Assembly: GCF_965641715.1 (NCBI RefSeq)
Contig: NZ_OZ282453.1
Source of the DNA: Escherichia coli
GTDB taxonomy: Bacteria; Pseudomonadota; Gammaproteobacteria; Enterobacterales; Enterobacteriaceae
Length of the DNA stretch: 64,000 nucleotides
Reading direction: 5' to 3' (one strand)
This document shows, in pieces, positions 1 to 10,359 of the stretch; positions within the stretch are counted from its first letter, which is position 1; the number at the start of each line of letters is the position of its first letter. Both the position numbers and the translations under genes were made by a program. The notes beneath the pieces were generated by a model. It saw only the letters and a list, made by a program, of their open reading frames with translations, made no database searches and was not told where the DNA came from.

Positions 1-612
1 CCCGTTCATGGGCTGACCAGTAGCGATGAACATCCGCAGGCGTGCTGCGAACTGTGCCGCCAGCCGGTGGCAAAAAAGCCGGACACGCTGACTCACCTGT
101 CGGCGGAAAAAATGGTCGCCAAAAGCGATCCGCGTCTGGGTTTTCGCGCGGTTCTCGACAGCACCATTGCGCTGGCAGTGTGGCTGCAAATTGAACTGGC
201 GGAACCGTGGCAGCCGTGGCTTGCGGATATCCGTTCGCGTCTTGGCAACATTATGCGTGCCGATGCGCTGGGGGAACCGCTGGGCGATCAAGCGATTGTC
301 GGGCTTTCTGACGAAGATCTGCATCGGCTTTCTCATCAGCCGCTGCGCTATCTCGGCCACGATCATCTGGTGCCGGAAGCCAGCCACGGGCGCGATGCTG
401 CGTTGCTCAATCTGCTACGCACCAAAGTGCGGGAAACCGAAACCGTAGCGGCGCAGGTGTTTATCACCCGCAGCTTTGAAGTATTACGCCCGGACATCTT
501 GCAGGCGCTGAACCGCCTTTCGAGCACGGTCTACGTGATGATGATCCTGAGCGTAACGAAGCCGCCGCTAACGGTGAAGCAGATCCAACAACGACTGGGG
601 GAAACGCAATGA
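1..612 (+). CDS. eutT: Ethanolamine utilisation cobalamin adenosyltransferase EutT, 3' portion (5' end upstream of window)
   Basis: Reading frame open from position 1 to stop at 612; overlaps start of eutD by 4 nt; position in eut operon. Confidence 0.75.
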   Translation, partial: PVHGLTSSDEHPQACCELCRQPVAKKPDTLTHLSAEKMVAKSDPRLGFRAVLDSTIALAVWLQIELAEPWQPWLADIRSRLGNIMRADALGEPLGDQAIVGLSDEDLHRLSHQPLRYLGHDHLVPEASHGRDAALLNLLRTKVRETETVAAQVFITRSFEVLRPDILQALNRLSSTVYVMMILSVTKPPLTVKQIQQRLGETQ

Positions 613-1625
613 TTATTGAACGTTGTCGTGAACTGGCGTTGCGAGCGCCCGCCAGGGTGGTTTTTCCGGATGCGTTAGATCAACGTGTGCTGAAAGCTGC
701 GCAATATTTACATCAACAAGGTCTGGCAACGCCCATTCTGGTCGCCAATCCGTTTGAACTTCGTCAGTTTGCGCTCAGTCACGGCGTGGCGATGGACGGG
801 CTACAGGTGATTGATCCGCATGGCAACCTCGCAATGCGGGAAGAATTTGCTCATCGCTGGCTGGCCCGCGCGGGCGAAAAAACGCCGCCGGATGCGCTGG
901 AAAAACTTACCGATCCGCTGATGTTCGCCGCCGCAATGGTCAGCGCCGGTAAAGCGGATGTCTGTATCGCGGGCAACCTCTCTTCCACGGCGAATGTGCT
1001 GCGTGCCGGATTACGCATTATCGGCTTGCAGCCAGGCTGTAAAACGCTCTCTTCCATTTTCCTGATGCTGCCACAGTACAGCGGTCCGGCGTTGGGTTTT
1101 GCGGATTGCAGCGTGGTGCCACAGCCGACGGCGGCGCAGCTGGCGGATATCGCACTTGCCAGCGCTGAAACCTGGCGCACCATCACCGGAGAAGAGCCGC
1201 GCGTGGCGATGTTGTCGTTTTCCAGCAACGGTAGCGCCCGTCACCCCTGCGTTGCCAATGTCCAGCAGGCGACAGAAATCGTCCGTGAGCGCGCACCAAA
1301 GCTGGTAGTCGATGGCGAGTTGCAGTTTGACGCCGCCTTCGTGCCGGAAGTGGCGGCGCAAAAAGCGCCTGCCAGCCCGCTACAGGGCAAGGCCAATGTG
1401 ATGGTTTTTCCGTCGCTGGAAGCCGGAAATATTGGCTACAAAATCGCACAACGACTCGGCGGATATCGTGCCGTCGGGCCATTGATACAAGGACTTGCCG
1501 CGCCGATGCACGATCTCTCTCGTGGTTGTAGCGTGCAGGAAATTATCGAGCTGGCGCTGGTGGCAGCTGTGCCGCGTCAGACAGAAATGAACCGCGAAAG
1601 CAGTTTACAAACACTGGTTGAATGA
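609..1625 (+). CDS. eutD: Phosphotransacetylase EutD (338 aa)
   Basis: ORF translation recognised as PTA-family EutD; correct length and operon position. Confidence 0.9.
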   Translation: MIIERCRELALRAPARVVFPDALDQRVLKAAQYLHQQGLATPILVANPFELRQFALSHGVAMDGLQVIDPHGNLAMREEFAHRWLARAGEKTPPDALEKLTDPLMFAAAMVSAGKADVCIAGNLSSTANVLRAGLRIIGLQPGCKTLSSIFLMLPQYSGPALGFADCSVVPQPTAAQLADIALASAETWRTITGEEPRVAMLSFSSNGSARHPCVANVQQATEIVRERAPKLVVDGELQFDAAFVPEVAAQKAPASPLQGKANVMVFPSLEAGNIGYKIAQRLGGYRAVGPLIQGLAAPMHDLSRGCSVQEIIELALVAAVPRQTEMNRESSLQTLVE

Positions 1626-1663
1626 ACGGTCCCGTTCTGGACCCTGATAAAGAGGAAAGCACA

Positions 1664-1957
1664 ATGGAAGCATTAGGAATGATCGAAACCCGGGGCCTGG
1701 TTGCACTGATTGAGGCTTCTGACGCGATGGTGAAAGCTGCGCGCGTCAAGCTGGTTGGTGTTAAGCAGATTGGCGGCGGCCTGTGTACTGCCATGGTTCG
1801 TGGTGATGTTGCAGCCTGTAAAGCGGCGACCGATGCCGGTGCCGCAGCGGCACAGCGTATCGGCGAGCTGGTATCTGTACACGTTATCCCGCGTCCGCAC
1901 GGCGACCTGGAAGAAGTGTTCCCGATCGGCCTGAAAGGCGATAGCAGCAACCTGTAA
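1664..1957 (+). CDS. eutM: Microcompartment shell protein EutM (97 aa)
   Basis: BMC-domain sequence [28 protein letters not shown]...; start taken at internal ATG 1664. Confidence 0.9.
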   Translation: MEALGMIETRGLVALIEASDAMVKAARVKLVGVKQIGGGLCTAMVRGDVAACKAATDAGAAAAQRIGELVSVHVIPRPHGDLEEVFPIGLKGDSSNL

Positions 1958-2063
1958 TCACCCTGTGTGACGTCGATTCGGGCGTCACGCTCTCTCATTT
2001 TTCATTTTACCTTCCGCGGAGGGTAGGGGGAGCTTTTACCTGAAATACGCCACGGAGGCGGGT

Positions 2064-2351
2064 ATGAAACTGGCAGTCGTCACTGGACAAATTGTTTGTA
2101 CCGTACGCCATCACGGACTGGCGCATGACAAATTGCTGATGGTGGAAATGATTGATCCACAAGGTAATCCTGACGGGCAATGTGCCGTCGCCATCGACAA
2201 TATTGGCGCGGGAACCGGGGAGTGGGTGTTGCTGGTGAGTGGCAGTTCCGCCCGCCAGGCGCATAAAAGCGAAACGTCACCGGTCGATCTGTGCGTGATT
2301 GGCATCGTCGATGAGGTGGTGTCTGGCGGTCAGGTAATTTTCCACAAATAA
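2064..2351 (+). CDS. eutN: Microcompartment vertex protein EutN (95 aa)
   Basis: EutN/CcmL-type sequence, operon position. Confidence 0.9.
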   Translation: MKLAVVTGQIVCTVRHHGLAHDKLLMVEMIDPQGNPDGQCAVAIDNIGAGTGEWVLLVSGSSARQAHKSETSPVDLCVIGIVDEVVSGGQVIFHK

Positions 2352-2362
2352 GGCAGAACATC

Positions 2363-3766
2363 ATGAATCAACAGGATATTGAACAGGTGGTGAAAGCGGT
2401 ACTGCTGAAAATGCAAAGCAGTGACACGCCGCCCGCCGCCGTTCATGAGATGGGCGTTTTCGCGTCCCTGGATGACGCTGTTGCGGCAGCCAAAATTGCC
2501 CAGCAAGGGTTAAAGAGCGTGGCAATGCGCCAGTTAGCCATTGCTGCCATTCGTGAAGCAGGCGAAAAACACGCCAGAGATTTAGCGGAACTTGCCGTCA
2601 GTGAAACCGGCATGGGTCGCGTTGAAGATAAATTTGCCAAAAACGTCGCTCAGGCACGCGGCACGCCAGGCGTTGAGTGTCTCTCTCCGCAAGTGCTGAC
2701 GGGCGACAACGGCCTGACTTTAATTGAAAACGCGCCCTGGGGCGTGGTGGCTTCGGTGACGCCGTCCACTAACCCGGCGGCAACCGTAATTAATAACGCC
2801 ATCAGCCTGATTGCCGCGGGCAACAGCGTCATTTTTGCCCCGCATCCGGCGGCGAAAAAAGTCTCCCAGCGGGCGATCACGCTGCTCAACCAGGCGATTG
2901 TTGCCGCAGGCGGGCCGGAAAACTTACTGGTTACTGTGGCAAATCCGGATATCGAAACCGCGCAACGCTTGTTCAAGTTTCCGGGTATCGGCCTGCTGGT
3001 GGTGACCGGCGGCGAAGCGGTAGTAGAAGCGGCGCGTAAACACACCAATAAACGTCTGATTGCCGCAGGCGCTGGCAACCCGCCGGTAGTGGTGGATGAA
3101 ACCGCTGACCTCGCCCGTGCTGCTCAGTCCATCGTCAAAGGCGCGTCTTTCGATAACAACATCATTTGTGCCGACGAAAAGGTACTGATTGTTGTTGATA
3201 GCGTAGCCGATGAACTGATGCGTCTGATGGAAGGCCAGCACGCGGTGAAACTGACCGCAGAACAGGCGCAGCAGCTGCAACCGGTGTTGCTGAAAAATAT
3301 CGACGAGCGCGGAAAAGGCACCGTCAGCCGTGACTGGGTTGGTCGCGACGCAGGCAAAATCGCGGCGGCAATCGGCCTTAAAGTTCCGCAAGAAACGCGC
3401 CTGCTGTTTGTGGAAACCACCGCAGAACATCCGTTTGCCGTGACTGAACTGATGATGCCGGTGTTGCCCGTCGTGCGCGTCGCCAACGTGGCGGATGCCA
3501 TTGCGCTAGCGGTGAAACTGGAAGGCGGTTGCCACCACACGGCGGCAATGCACTCGCGCAACATCGAAAACATGAACCAGATGGCGAATGCTATTGATAC
3601 CAGCATTTTCGTTAAGAACGGACCGTGCATTGCCGGGCTGGGGCTGGGCGGGGAAGGCTGGACCACCATGACCATCACCACGCCAACCGGTGAAGGGGTA
3701 ACCAGCGCGCGTACGTTTGTCCGTCTGCGTCGCTGTGTATTAGTCGATGCGTTTCGCATTGTTTAA
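2363..3766 (+). CDS. eutE: Acetaldehyde dehydrogenase (CoA-acetylating) EutE (467 aa)
   Basis: Aldehyde dehydrogenase family translation, expected length and position. Confidence 0.9.
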   Translation: MNQQDIEQVVKAVLLKMQSSDTPPAAVHEMGVFASLDDAVAAAKIAQQGLKSVAMRQLAIAAIREAGEKHARDLAELAVSETGMGRVEDKFAKNVAQARGTPGVECLSPQVLTGDNGLTLIENAPWGVVASVTPSTNPAATVINNAISLIAAGNSVIFAPHPAAKKVSQRAITLLNQAIVAAGGPENLLVTVANPDIETAQRLFKFPGIGLLVVTGGEAVVEAARKHTNKRLIAAGAGNPPVVVDETADLARAAQSIVKGASFDNNIICADEKVLIVVDSVADELMRLMEGQHAVKLTAEQAQQLQPVLLKNIDERGKGTVSRDWVGRDAGKIAAAIGLKVPQETRLLFVETTAEHPFAVTELMMPVLPVVRVANVADAIALAVKLEGGCHHTAAMHSRNIENMNQMANAIDTSIFVKNGPCIAGLGLGGEGWTTMTITTPTGEGVTSARTFVRLRRCVLVDAFRIV

Positions 3767-3776
3767 GGAGTAACAG

Positions 3777-4613
3777 ATGGCGCACGACGAACAATGGCTC
3801 ACCCCACGTCTGCAAACGGCGGCAACGCTGTGTAACCAGACGCCCGCCGCGACGGAATCTCCGCTGTGGCTGGGGGTGGATCTGGGCACCTGCGATGTGG
3901 TGTCGATGGTTGTCGACCGCGACGGTCAGCCAGTGGCGGTATGCCTCGACTGGGCCGATGTGGTTCGCGACGGCATCGTCTGGGATTTCTTCGGCGCTGT
4001 CACCATTGTTCGTCGCCATCTCGACACGCTCGAGCAGCAATTCGGTCGTCGTTTTAGCCATGCGGCGACTTCATTTCCTCCAGGTACGGACCCGCGTATT
4101 TCCATCAACGTGCTGGAATCTGCCGGACTGGAAGTGAGCCATGTGCTGGATGAGCCAACCGCAGTTGCGGATCTGCTGCAACTGGACAACGCCGGTGTAG
4201 TGGATATCGGCGGCGGCACTACCGGCATTGCCATCGTGAAAAAGGGCAAGGTGACGTACTCGGCGGATGAAGCCACCGGCGGACATCACATCTCTCTGAC
4301 TCTCGCCGGAAATCGCCGTATTTCGCTGGAAGAGGCGGAGCAGTACAAGCGCGGTCACGGTGAAGAGATTTGGCCTGCGGTGAAACCGGTGTACGAAAAA
4401 ATGGCGGACATTGTCGCCCGGCATATTGAAGGGCAGGGCATTACTGATTTATGGCTGGCGGGCGGCTCTTGTATGCAACCGGGCGTGGCGGAACTGTTTC
4501 GCAAACAATTCCCGGCGTTACAGGTGCATTTACCGCAGCACAGTTTGTTTATGACCCCGCTGGCGATCGCCAGTAGTGGGCGAGAGAAAGCGGAGGGGCT
4601 ATATGCAAAATGA
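3777..4613 (+). CDS. eutJ: Ethanolamine utilisation chaperone-like protein EutJ (278 aa)
   Basis: Hsp70/actin-fold EutJ translation; overlaps eutG start by 11 nt. Confidence 0.9.
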   Translation: MAHDEQWLTPRLQTAATLCNQTPAATESPLWLGVDLGTCDVVSMVVDRDGQPVAVCLDWADVVRDGIVWDFFGAVTIVRRHLDTLEQQFGRRFSHAATSFPPGTDPRISINVLESAGLEVSHVLDEPTAVADLLQLDNAGVVDIGGGTTGIAIVKKGKVTYSADEATGGHHISLTLAGNRRISLEEAEQYKRGHGEEIWPAVKPVYEKMADIVARHIEGQGITDLWLAGGSCMQPGVAELFRKQFPALQVHLPQHSLFMTPLAIASSGREKAEGLYAK

Positions 4614-5790
4614 ATTGCAGACCGCGCTCTTTCAGGCGTTCGATACCCTGAATCTGCAACGGGTAAAAACATTTAGCGTTCCACCGGTGACGCTTTGCGG
4701 TCCGGGCTCGGTGAGCAGTTGCGGACAGCAAGCGCAAACGCGTGGGCTGAAACATCTGTTCGTGATGGCAGACAGCTTTTTGCATCAGGCAGGGATGACC
4801 GCCGGGCTGACGCGTAGCCTGACCGTTAAAGGTATCGCCATGACGCTCTGGCCATGTCCGGTGGGCGAACCGTGCATTACCGACGTGTGTGCAGCCGTGG
4901 CGCAGTTGCGTGAGTCAGGCTGTGATGGGGTGATCGCGTTTGGCGGCGGCTCGGTGCTGGATGCGGCGAAAGCCGTGACGTTGCTGGTGACGAACCCGGA
5001 TAGCACGCTGGCAGAGATGTCAGAAACCAGCGTTCTGCAACCGCGCTTGCCGCTGATTGCCATTCCAACTACCGCCGGAACCGGCTCTGAAACCACCAAT
5101 GTAACGGTGATTATCGACGCGGTGAGCGGGCGCAAGCAGGTGTTAGCCCATGCCTCGCTGATGCCGGATGTGGCGATCCTCGACGCCGCATTGACCGAAG
5201 GTGTGCCGTCGCATGTCACGGCGATGACCGGCATTGATGCGTTAACCCATGCCATTGAAGCATACAGCGCCCTGAACGCTACACCGTTTACCGACAGTCT
5301 GGCGATTGGTGCCATTGCGATGATTGGCAAATCGCTGCCGAAAGCGGTGGGCTACGGTCACGACCTTGCCGCGCGCGAGAGCATGTTGCTGGCTTCATGT
5401 ATGGCGGGAATGGCGTTTTCCAGTGCGGGTCTTGGGTTGTGCCACGCGATGGCGCATCAGCCGGGCGCGGCGCTGCATATTCCGCACGGTCTCGCGAACG
5501 CTATGTTGCTGCCAACGGTGATGGAGTTTAACCGGATGGTTTGTCGTGAACGCTTTAGTCAGATTGGTCGGGCACTGCGAACTAAAAAATCCGACGATCG
5601 TGACGCTATTAACGCGGTAAGTGAGCTGATTGCGGAAGTTGGGATTGGTAAACGACTGGGCGATGTTGGCGCGACATCTGCGCATTACGGTGCATGGGCG
5701 CAGGCCGCGCAGGAAGATATTTGTCTGCGCAGCAACCCGCGTACCGCCAGCCTGGAACAGATTGTCGGACTGTACGCAGCGGCGCAATAA
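4603..5790 (+). CDS. eutG: Alcohol dehydrogenase EutG (395 aa)
   Basis: Iron-containing ADH translation; start placed at ATG 4603 (MQNELQTALF...). Confidence 0.88.
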   Translation: MQNELQTALFQAFDTLNLQRVKTFSVPPVTLCGPGSVSSCGQQAQTRGLKHLFVMADSFLHQAGMTAGLTRSLTVKGIAMTLWPCPVGEPCITDVCAAVAQLRESGCDGVIAFGGGSVLDAAKAVTLLVTNPDSTLAEMSETSVLQPRLPLIAIPTTAGTGSETTNVTVIIDAVSGRKQVLAHASLMPDVAILDAALTEGVPSHVTAMTGIDALTHAIEAYSALNATPFTDSLAIGAIAMIGKSLPKAVGYGHDLAARESMLLASCMAGMAFSSAGLGLCHAMAHQPGAALHIPHGLANAMLLPTVMEFNRMVCRERFSQIGRALRTKKSDDRDAINAVSELIAEVGIGKRLGDVGATSAHYGAWAQAAQEDICLRSNPRTASLEQIVGLYAAAQ

Positions 5791-5792
5791 AT

Positions 5793-5873
5793 GCCGGATG
5801 CGACGCTTGCCGCGTCTTATCCGGCCTACGGGATTGCACATGTAGGGCGGATAAGGCTTCACGCAGCATCCGC
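5793..5873. repeat. REP/BIME-type extragenic palindromic element in eutG-eutH spacer
   Basis: gccggatgcg...cttatccggcctac and inverted partner, typical enterobacterial REP signature. Confidence 0.6.
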
Positions 5874-5905
5874 TAATAAATAACAACTAACAGGGAGTAA
5901 AGGCG

Positions 5906-7132
5906 ATGGGAATTAACGAAATCATCATGTACATCATGATGTTCTTTATGCTGATAGCTGCCGTAGACAGGATCCTGTCGCAGTTCGGCGGTTCTGCTCG
6001 TTTCCTCGGTAAGTTCGGTAAAAGTATCGAAGGATCAGGCGGTCAGTTCGAAGAAGGCTTTATGGCAATGGGCGCACTGGGCCTGGCGATGGTCGGTATG
6101 ACCGCGCTGGCACCGGTACTGGCTCACGTTCTCGGGCCGGTAATTATTCCGGTTTACGAAATGCTCGGCGCTAACCCATCGATGTTCGCCGGAACACTGC
6201 TGGCGTGCGATATGGGCGGCTTCTTCCTCGCCAAAGAGCTGGCGGGCGGCGACGTAGCCGCGTGGCTATACTCTGGGTTAATTCTCGGGTCGATGATGGG
6301 GCCAACGATTGTGTTTTCCATTCCGGTGGCGCTCGGCATTATCGAACCTTCTGACCGTCGTTATCTGGCGCTCGGCGTGCTGGCGGGCATTGTGACCATT
6401 CCGATTGGTTGTATCGCTGGTGGTCTGGTTGCTATGTACTCCGGTGTTCAGATCAACGGCCAGCCGGTGGAATTCACTTTCGCCCTGATCCTGATGAACA
6501 TGATCCCGGTGATCATTGTTGCGATTCTGGTGGCGCTGGGGCTGAAATTCATCCCAGAAAAAATGATCAACGGCTTCCAGATCTTCGCCAAATTCCTCGT
6601 TGCATTGATCACCCTCGGTCTTGCCGCTGCGGTAGTGAAATTCCTGCTTGGCTGGGAACTGATCCCCGGTCTGGATCCTATCTTTATGGCCCCTGGCGAT
6701 AAACCCGGTGAGGTGATGCGCGCCATTGAAGTTATCGGTTCTATCTCCTGCGTTCTGTTAGGGGCGTATCCGATGGTGCTGCTGCTGACCCGCTGGTTTG
6801 AAAAACCGCTGATGAGCGTCGGTAAAGTGCTGAATATGAACAACATCGCGGCAGCCGGCATGGTGGCAACGCTTGCCAACAACATCCCGATGTTCGGCAT
6901 GATGAAGCAGATGGATACCCGCGGCAAAGTCATCAACTGCGCCTTCGCCGTTTCCGCTGCTTTCGCCCTGGGCGACCACTTAGGCTTCGCCGCTGCCAAC
7001 ATGAATGCCATGATCTTCCCGATGATTGTCGGCAAGTTGATCGGCGGCGTAACGGCGATTGGCGTGGCGATGATGCTGGTGCCAAAAGACGACGCGACCG
7101 CGGCTAAAACCGAAGCGGAGGCACAATCGTGA
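5906..7132 (+). CDS. eutH: Ethanolamine permease EutH (408 aa)
   Basis: Polytopic membrane protein translation, expected length and position. Confidence 0.9.
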   Translation: MGINEIIMYIMMFFMLIAAVDRILSQFGGSARFLGKFGKSIEGSGGQFEEGFMAMGALGLAMVGMTALAPVLAHVLGPVIIPVYEMLGANPSMFAGTLLACDMGGFFLAKELAGGDVAAWLYSGLILGSMMGPTIVFSIPVALGIIEPSDRRYLALGVLAGIVTIPIGCIAGGLVAMYSGVQINGQPVEFTFALILMNMIPVIIVAILVALGLKFIPEKMINGFQIFAKFLVALITLGLAAAVVKFLLGWELIPGLDPIFMAPGDKPGEVMRAIEVIGSISCVLLGAYPMVLLLTRWFEKPLMSVGKVLNMNNIAAAGMVATLANNIPMFGMMKQMDTRGKVINCAFAVSAAFALGDHLGFAAANMNAMIFPMIVGKLIGGVTAIGVAMMLVPKDDATAAKTEAEAQS

Positions 7133-8532
7133 ACACTCGCCAGCTACTGAGCGTCGGTATCGATATCGGCACCACCACCACCCAGGTGATTTTCTCCCAC
7201 CTGGAACTGGTTAACCGTGCGGCGGTGTCGCAGGTGCCGCGCTACGAATTCATCAAACGCGAAATTAGCTGGCAAAGCCCGGTGTTCTTTACCCCTGTCG
7301 ATAAACAGGGTGGTTTAAAAGAAGCGGAACTGAAATCGCTGATTTTAGAGCAATATCAGGCTGCGGGCATTGCGCCGGAAAGCGTTGATTCTGGTGCCAT
7401 CATCATCACCGGTGAAAGCGCGAAAACCCGCAATGCTCGCCCGGCGGTGATGGCGCTCTCTCAGTCGCTGGGCGATTTTGTCGTCGCCAGCGCCGGGCCG
7501 CACCTCGAATCCGTGATCGCCGGTCACGGTGCCGGGGCGCAAACCCTTTCTGAACAACGGCTGTGTCGGGTACTGAATATCGACATCGGCGGTGGCACCG
7601 CGAACTACGCCCTGTTCGATGCCGGAAAAATCAGCGGCACTGCCTGCCTCAACGTCGGTGGTCGCCTGCTGGAAACCGACAGCCAGGGGCGCGTGGTTTA
7701 CGCTCATAAACCGGGGCAGATGATTGTGGATGAGTGCTTCGGCGCAGGCACCGATGCCCGTTCGCTGACCGGCGCGCAGCTGGTGCAGGTTACCCGGCGG
7801 ATGGCAGAGCTGATTGTCGAAGTGATTGACGGAACGCTTTCGCCGCTCGCGCAGGCATTAATGCAAACCGGTTTGCTGCCCGCAGGTGTTACGCCCGAAA
7901 TCATTACGCTTTCTGGCGGCGTGGGCGAATGTTATCGCCACCAGCCCGCCGACCCGTTCTGTTTTGCCGATATTGGCCCGCTTCTGGCAACGGCGCTGCA
8001 TGACCATCCGCGCCTGCGTGAGATGAACGTGCAGTTTCCGGCGCAAACCGTGCGCGCCACGGTGATTGGTGCGGGTGCACATACCCTTTCGCTCTCTGGC
8101 AGCACAATCTGGCTGGAGGGCGTACAACTGCCGCTGCGCAATTTGCCGGTGGCGATCCCAATTGATGAAACGGATCTGGTGGGTGCCTGGCAACAGGCGC
8201 TGATTCAGCTGGATCTTGATCCCAAAACTGACGCGTACGTGCTGGCGCTTCCCGCCTCGCTGCCTGTGCGTTACGCCGCGGTACTGACGGTCATCAACGC
8301 GTTGGTCGATTTCGTCGCGCGTTTTCCGAATCCGAATCCCCTGCTGGTGGTGGCCGGGCAGGACTTTGGTAAAGCTCTGGGCATGTTGTTGCGCCCACAG
8401 CTACAACAACTCCCGTTGGCAGTCATTGACGAAGTGATTGTCCGCGCGGGGGACTATATCGACATTGGTACGCCTCTTTTTGGCGGATCGGTTGTGCCGG
8501 TGACGGTGAAATCACTCGCATTTCCTTCCTGA
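7129..8532 (+). CDS. eutA: Ethanolamine ammonia-lyase reactivating factor EutA (467 aa)
   Basis: Translation recognised as EutA; 4-nt overlap with eutH stop. Confidence 0.9.
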   Translation: MNTRQLLSVGIDIGTTTTQVIFSHLELVNRAAVSQVPRYEFIKREISWQSPVFFTPVDKQGGLKEAELKSLILEQYQAAGIAPESVDSGAIIITGESAKTRNARPAVMALSQSLGDFVVASAGPHLESVIAGHGAGAQTLSEQRLCRVLNIDIGGGTANYALFDAGKISGTACLNVGGRLLETDSQGRVVYAHKPGQMIVDECFGAGTDARSLTGAQLVQVTRRMAELIVEVIDGTLSPLAQALMQTGLLPAGVTPEIITLSGGVGECYRHQPADPFCFADIGPLLATALHDHPRLREMNVQFPAQTVRATVIGAGAHTLSLSGSTIWLEGVQLPLRNLPVAIPIDETDLVGAWQQALIQLDLDPKTDAYVLALPASLPVRYAAVLTVINALVDFVARFPNPNPLLVVAGQDFGKALGMLLRPQLQQLPLAVIDEVIVRAGDYIDIGTPLFGGSVVPVTVKSLAFPS

Positions 8533-8627
8533 ATACTGTAGTTATCAGGCGTGGCGCTGGGTGGCTGGGTGTTAGTGGGATTATATCCGGCTGTGTATCC
8601 GGTCGGGGTGATTGGTCTGTATAGCAG

Positions 8628-8648
8628 AAAACCCGGCGCGGGGCCGGG
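8628..8648 (-). terminator. Intrinsic terminator-like hairpin (minus strand) downstream of the 217-aa island ORF
   Basis: aaaacccggcgcggggccggg: GC stem with T-run on minus strand; identical 21-mer recurs at 10317-10337. Confidence 0.45.
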
Positions 8649-8655
8649 TGAACTA

Positions 8656-9309
8656 TCACTCAGGGAACAAGTTGATTTGAAGCAAACTGCCAATGTATTT
8701 ACCAGTGCTTTTAATTTTTCGCTTTGATGGCTTACACGAATTCAGGTTGACACCAGCCTGGCTAGATATTGGCTTGTATTGCCGCTCCGCCAGTACGATC
8801 AGGTCTGCCGCGTCTTTTAGCTTTCCATCGTTAGCCAGTTCCAATGCTCGATCCGCCATTTGCCCGCATTGTTGAATCAGCTTAAGTTGCGATACCTCCA
8901 GTCGCAATTGCTGGATTCGTTCTACCACTTTCGCCCTAATGCGCTTAGTTTCACGCATTCCCATTCTTAATGCCTGGTTGCCAGTAAGTGAGTAAACCTC
9001 TTTTTCTTTCCTGAAGTTTGCGGCTTTACCGTCAGCTTGGACGCGCATTTTATGCGCTTCCAAGAATTCGCCCTCCAATTCATCCCTGATCTTCGCGTTG
9101 AATCTGTCGTTCTTGAGTTCATTTAACCCTTCCGCCTTGCGGATCTGGTTGATTAACTCCAACAATTCATCACTGCGGATACGCCACTCGCTATCAACCT
9201 GTACCAAGTCAAACATGTTGTTGCTCCCGTTTTGCTGCCATAGGGCAACGGCTCGCCAGCCTTTATCACCTCCTTTAGTTGTTGCGATTCTTAACTGAAT
9301 GGTTATCAA
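8656..9309 (-). CDS. Hypothetical island protein, charged/coiled-coil-rich (217 aa as ORF; likely start at internal ATG 9216, 186 aa)
   Basis: ORF translation; GGGAG-type RBS upstream of internal ATG at 9216; no domain recognised. Confidence 0.45.
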   Translation of the reverse strand: MITIQLRIATTKGGDKGWRAVALWQQNGSNNMFDLVQVDSEWRIRSDELLELINQIRKAEGLNELKNDRFNAKIRDELEGEFLEAHKMRVQADGKAANFRKEKEVYSLTGNQALRMGMRETKRIRAKVVERIQQLRLEVSQLKLIQQCGQMADRALELANDGKLKDAADLIVLAERQYKPISSQAGVNLNSCKPSKRKIKSTGKYIGSLLQINLFPE

Positions 9310-9380
9310 AACGCTGCGTTAATATCATTGATATGTATCAAATTTGTTTTGTGACGCGACAATGCCTTGTGAATATCAAT

Positions 9381-9404
9381 AAAAAACCCAGCGCTATGGC
9401 TGGG
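9381..9404 (-). terminator. Intrinsic terminator-like hairpin downstream of HTH-protein gene
   Basis: aaaaaa-CCCAGC-gctatg-GCTGGG on plus strand, i.e. hairpin followed by T6 on minus strand. Confidence 0.45.
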
Positions 9405-9437
9405 CTTCGTTTAATGAGATGGGATTGAAAGCGGGTT

Positions 9438-10220
9438 TTATTTATCTCCCAGATTGTATTCCCAGTTGGGAAGTAAAGTTATCAGCTTGTCACCTTTCTT
9501 GCCTTTGCCGATCTGGTTGCCGTTCTCGTCTTTCTTGTGTGTGATTTCCTGGTCAACCTTAATCAATCCTCTCTCTTTGGCTTGCTCAATCAGTCGGTAG
9601 AATGCGCCGTTACTAATCGGCTTCCGGTTACCGTCGTTATCCATCGCAGTGATTTTCTGTTGCAGTCCGGCGTTATTGCCCAGGTATTCGCCACCTAACG
9701 CCGCCAGTACCTGACACAACATGCCGACACTGTATTTTTTCGGATTTGGGTTAATCCATTCTTTAGCTCCCATCTCTTTTTTGTCGTTGGGCGCTTGTTC
9801 TGCTGCTACTGCGTTCACCTTTTCATCTCCCATCTTGTTACCGCTTGCTGTGCGCTTAATTTCTTCCAGTTCTCTCTCAAGCTCACCTATACGTAATTCA
9901 CGCTCGATAATTACCCCGCGCAGCACATCATCATCACCGTGAGGGCTTGCCTGAATCCAGTTACCATTGGCGAGCGGTAGGAGGGCATAAATTCCGAACA
10001 GGTCACAAAGCGCGGCAAGTGTATTAAAATCAGGTTCCCGGCGTCCCTCCATCCAGTGGCTAACAGCGCCTTTTGTGACTGGTTCGCCTTTCTTGCTTTT
10101 AACACCCATGCGATCCAGTGCGGCGGCTATCTCTTCGCATTTAATGCCACGACCGCCAGCATAGCCCGCCGCTTTCGCGGCCCCTTTGAGGATGTCGTGA
10201 ATTTTCATTTCGTAACTCAT
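9438..10220 (-). CDS. Putative HTH (XRE-like) DNA-binding protein with uncharacterised C-terminal domain (260 aa from second ATG)
   Basis: Helix-turn-helix-like segment ...EEIAAALDRMGVKSKKGEPVTKGAVSHWMEG...; GGGAGA RBS 8 nt upstream of ATG at 10220. Confidence 0.55.
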   Translation of the reverse strand: MSYEMKIHDILKGAAKAAGYAGGRGIKCEEIAAALDRMGVKSKKGEPVTKGAVSHWMEGRREPDFNTLAALCDLFGIYALLPLANGNWIQASPHGDDDVLRGVIIERELRIGELERELEEIKRTASGNKMGDEKVNAVAAEQAPNDKKEMGAKEWINPNPKKYSVGMLCQVLAALGGEYLGNNAGLQQKITAMDNDGNRKPISNGAFYRLIEQAKERGLIKVDQEITHKKDENGNQIGKGKKGDKLITLLPNWEYNLGDK

Positions 10221-10226
10221 AATTTT

Positions 10227-10257
10227 ATCTCCCATCTCATGAACTATGGTGGGAGAT
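10227..10257. promoter_or_regulatory. Inverted repeat ATCTCCCA-N15-TGGGAGAT overlapping RBS/start of the HTH gene (candidate operator)
   Basis: Arms at 10227-10234 and 10250-10257 seen directly in sequence; the left arm coincides with the RBS/first-codon sequence, so arm identity may be partly coding-driven; function inferred. Confidence 0.3.
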
Positions 10258-10316
10258 TAACACGGCGGGCCTGTGGCGGGTAAGTGTAACGGGAGAGAAT
10301 GTTGATTCAGGTCACA

Positions 10317-10337
10317 AAAACCCGGCGCGGGGCCGGG
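10317..10337 (-). terminator. Intrinsic terminator-like hairpin downstream of the 158-aa island ORF (copy 2 of 21-mer)
   Basis: Identical to 8628-8648. Confidence 0.45.
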
Positions 10338-10359
10338 CTGTGTTAGTACGTCGTTGCTC

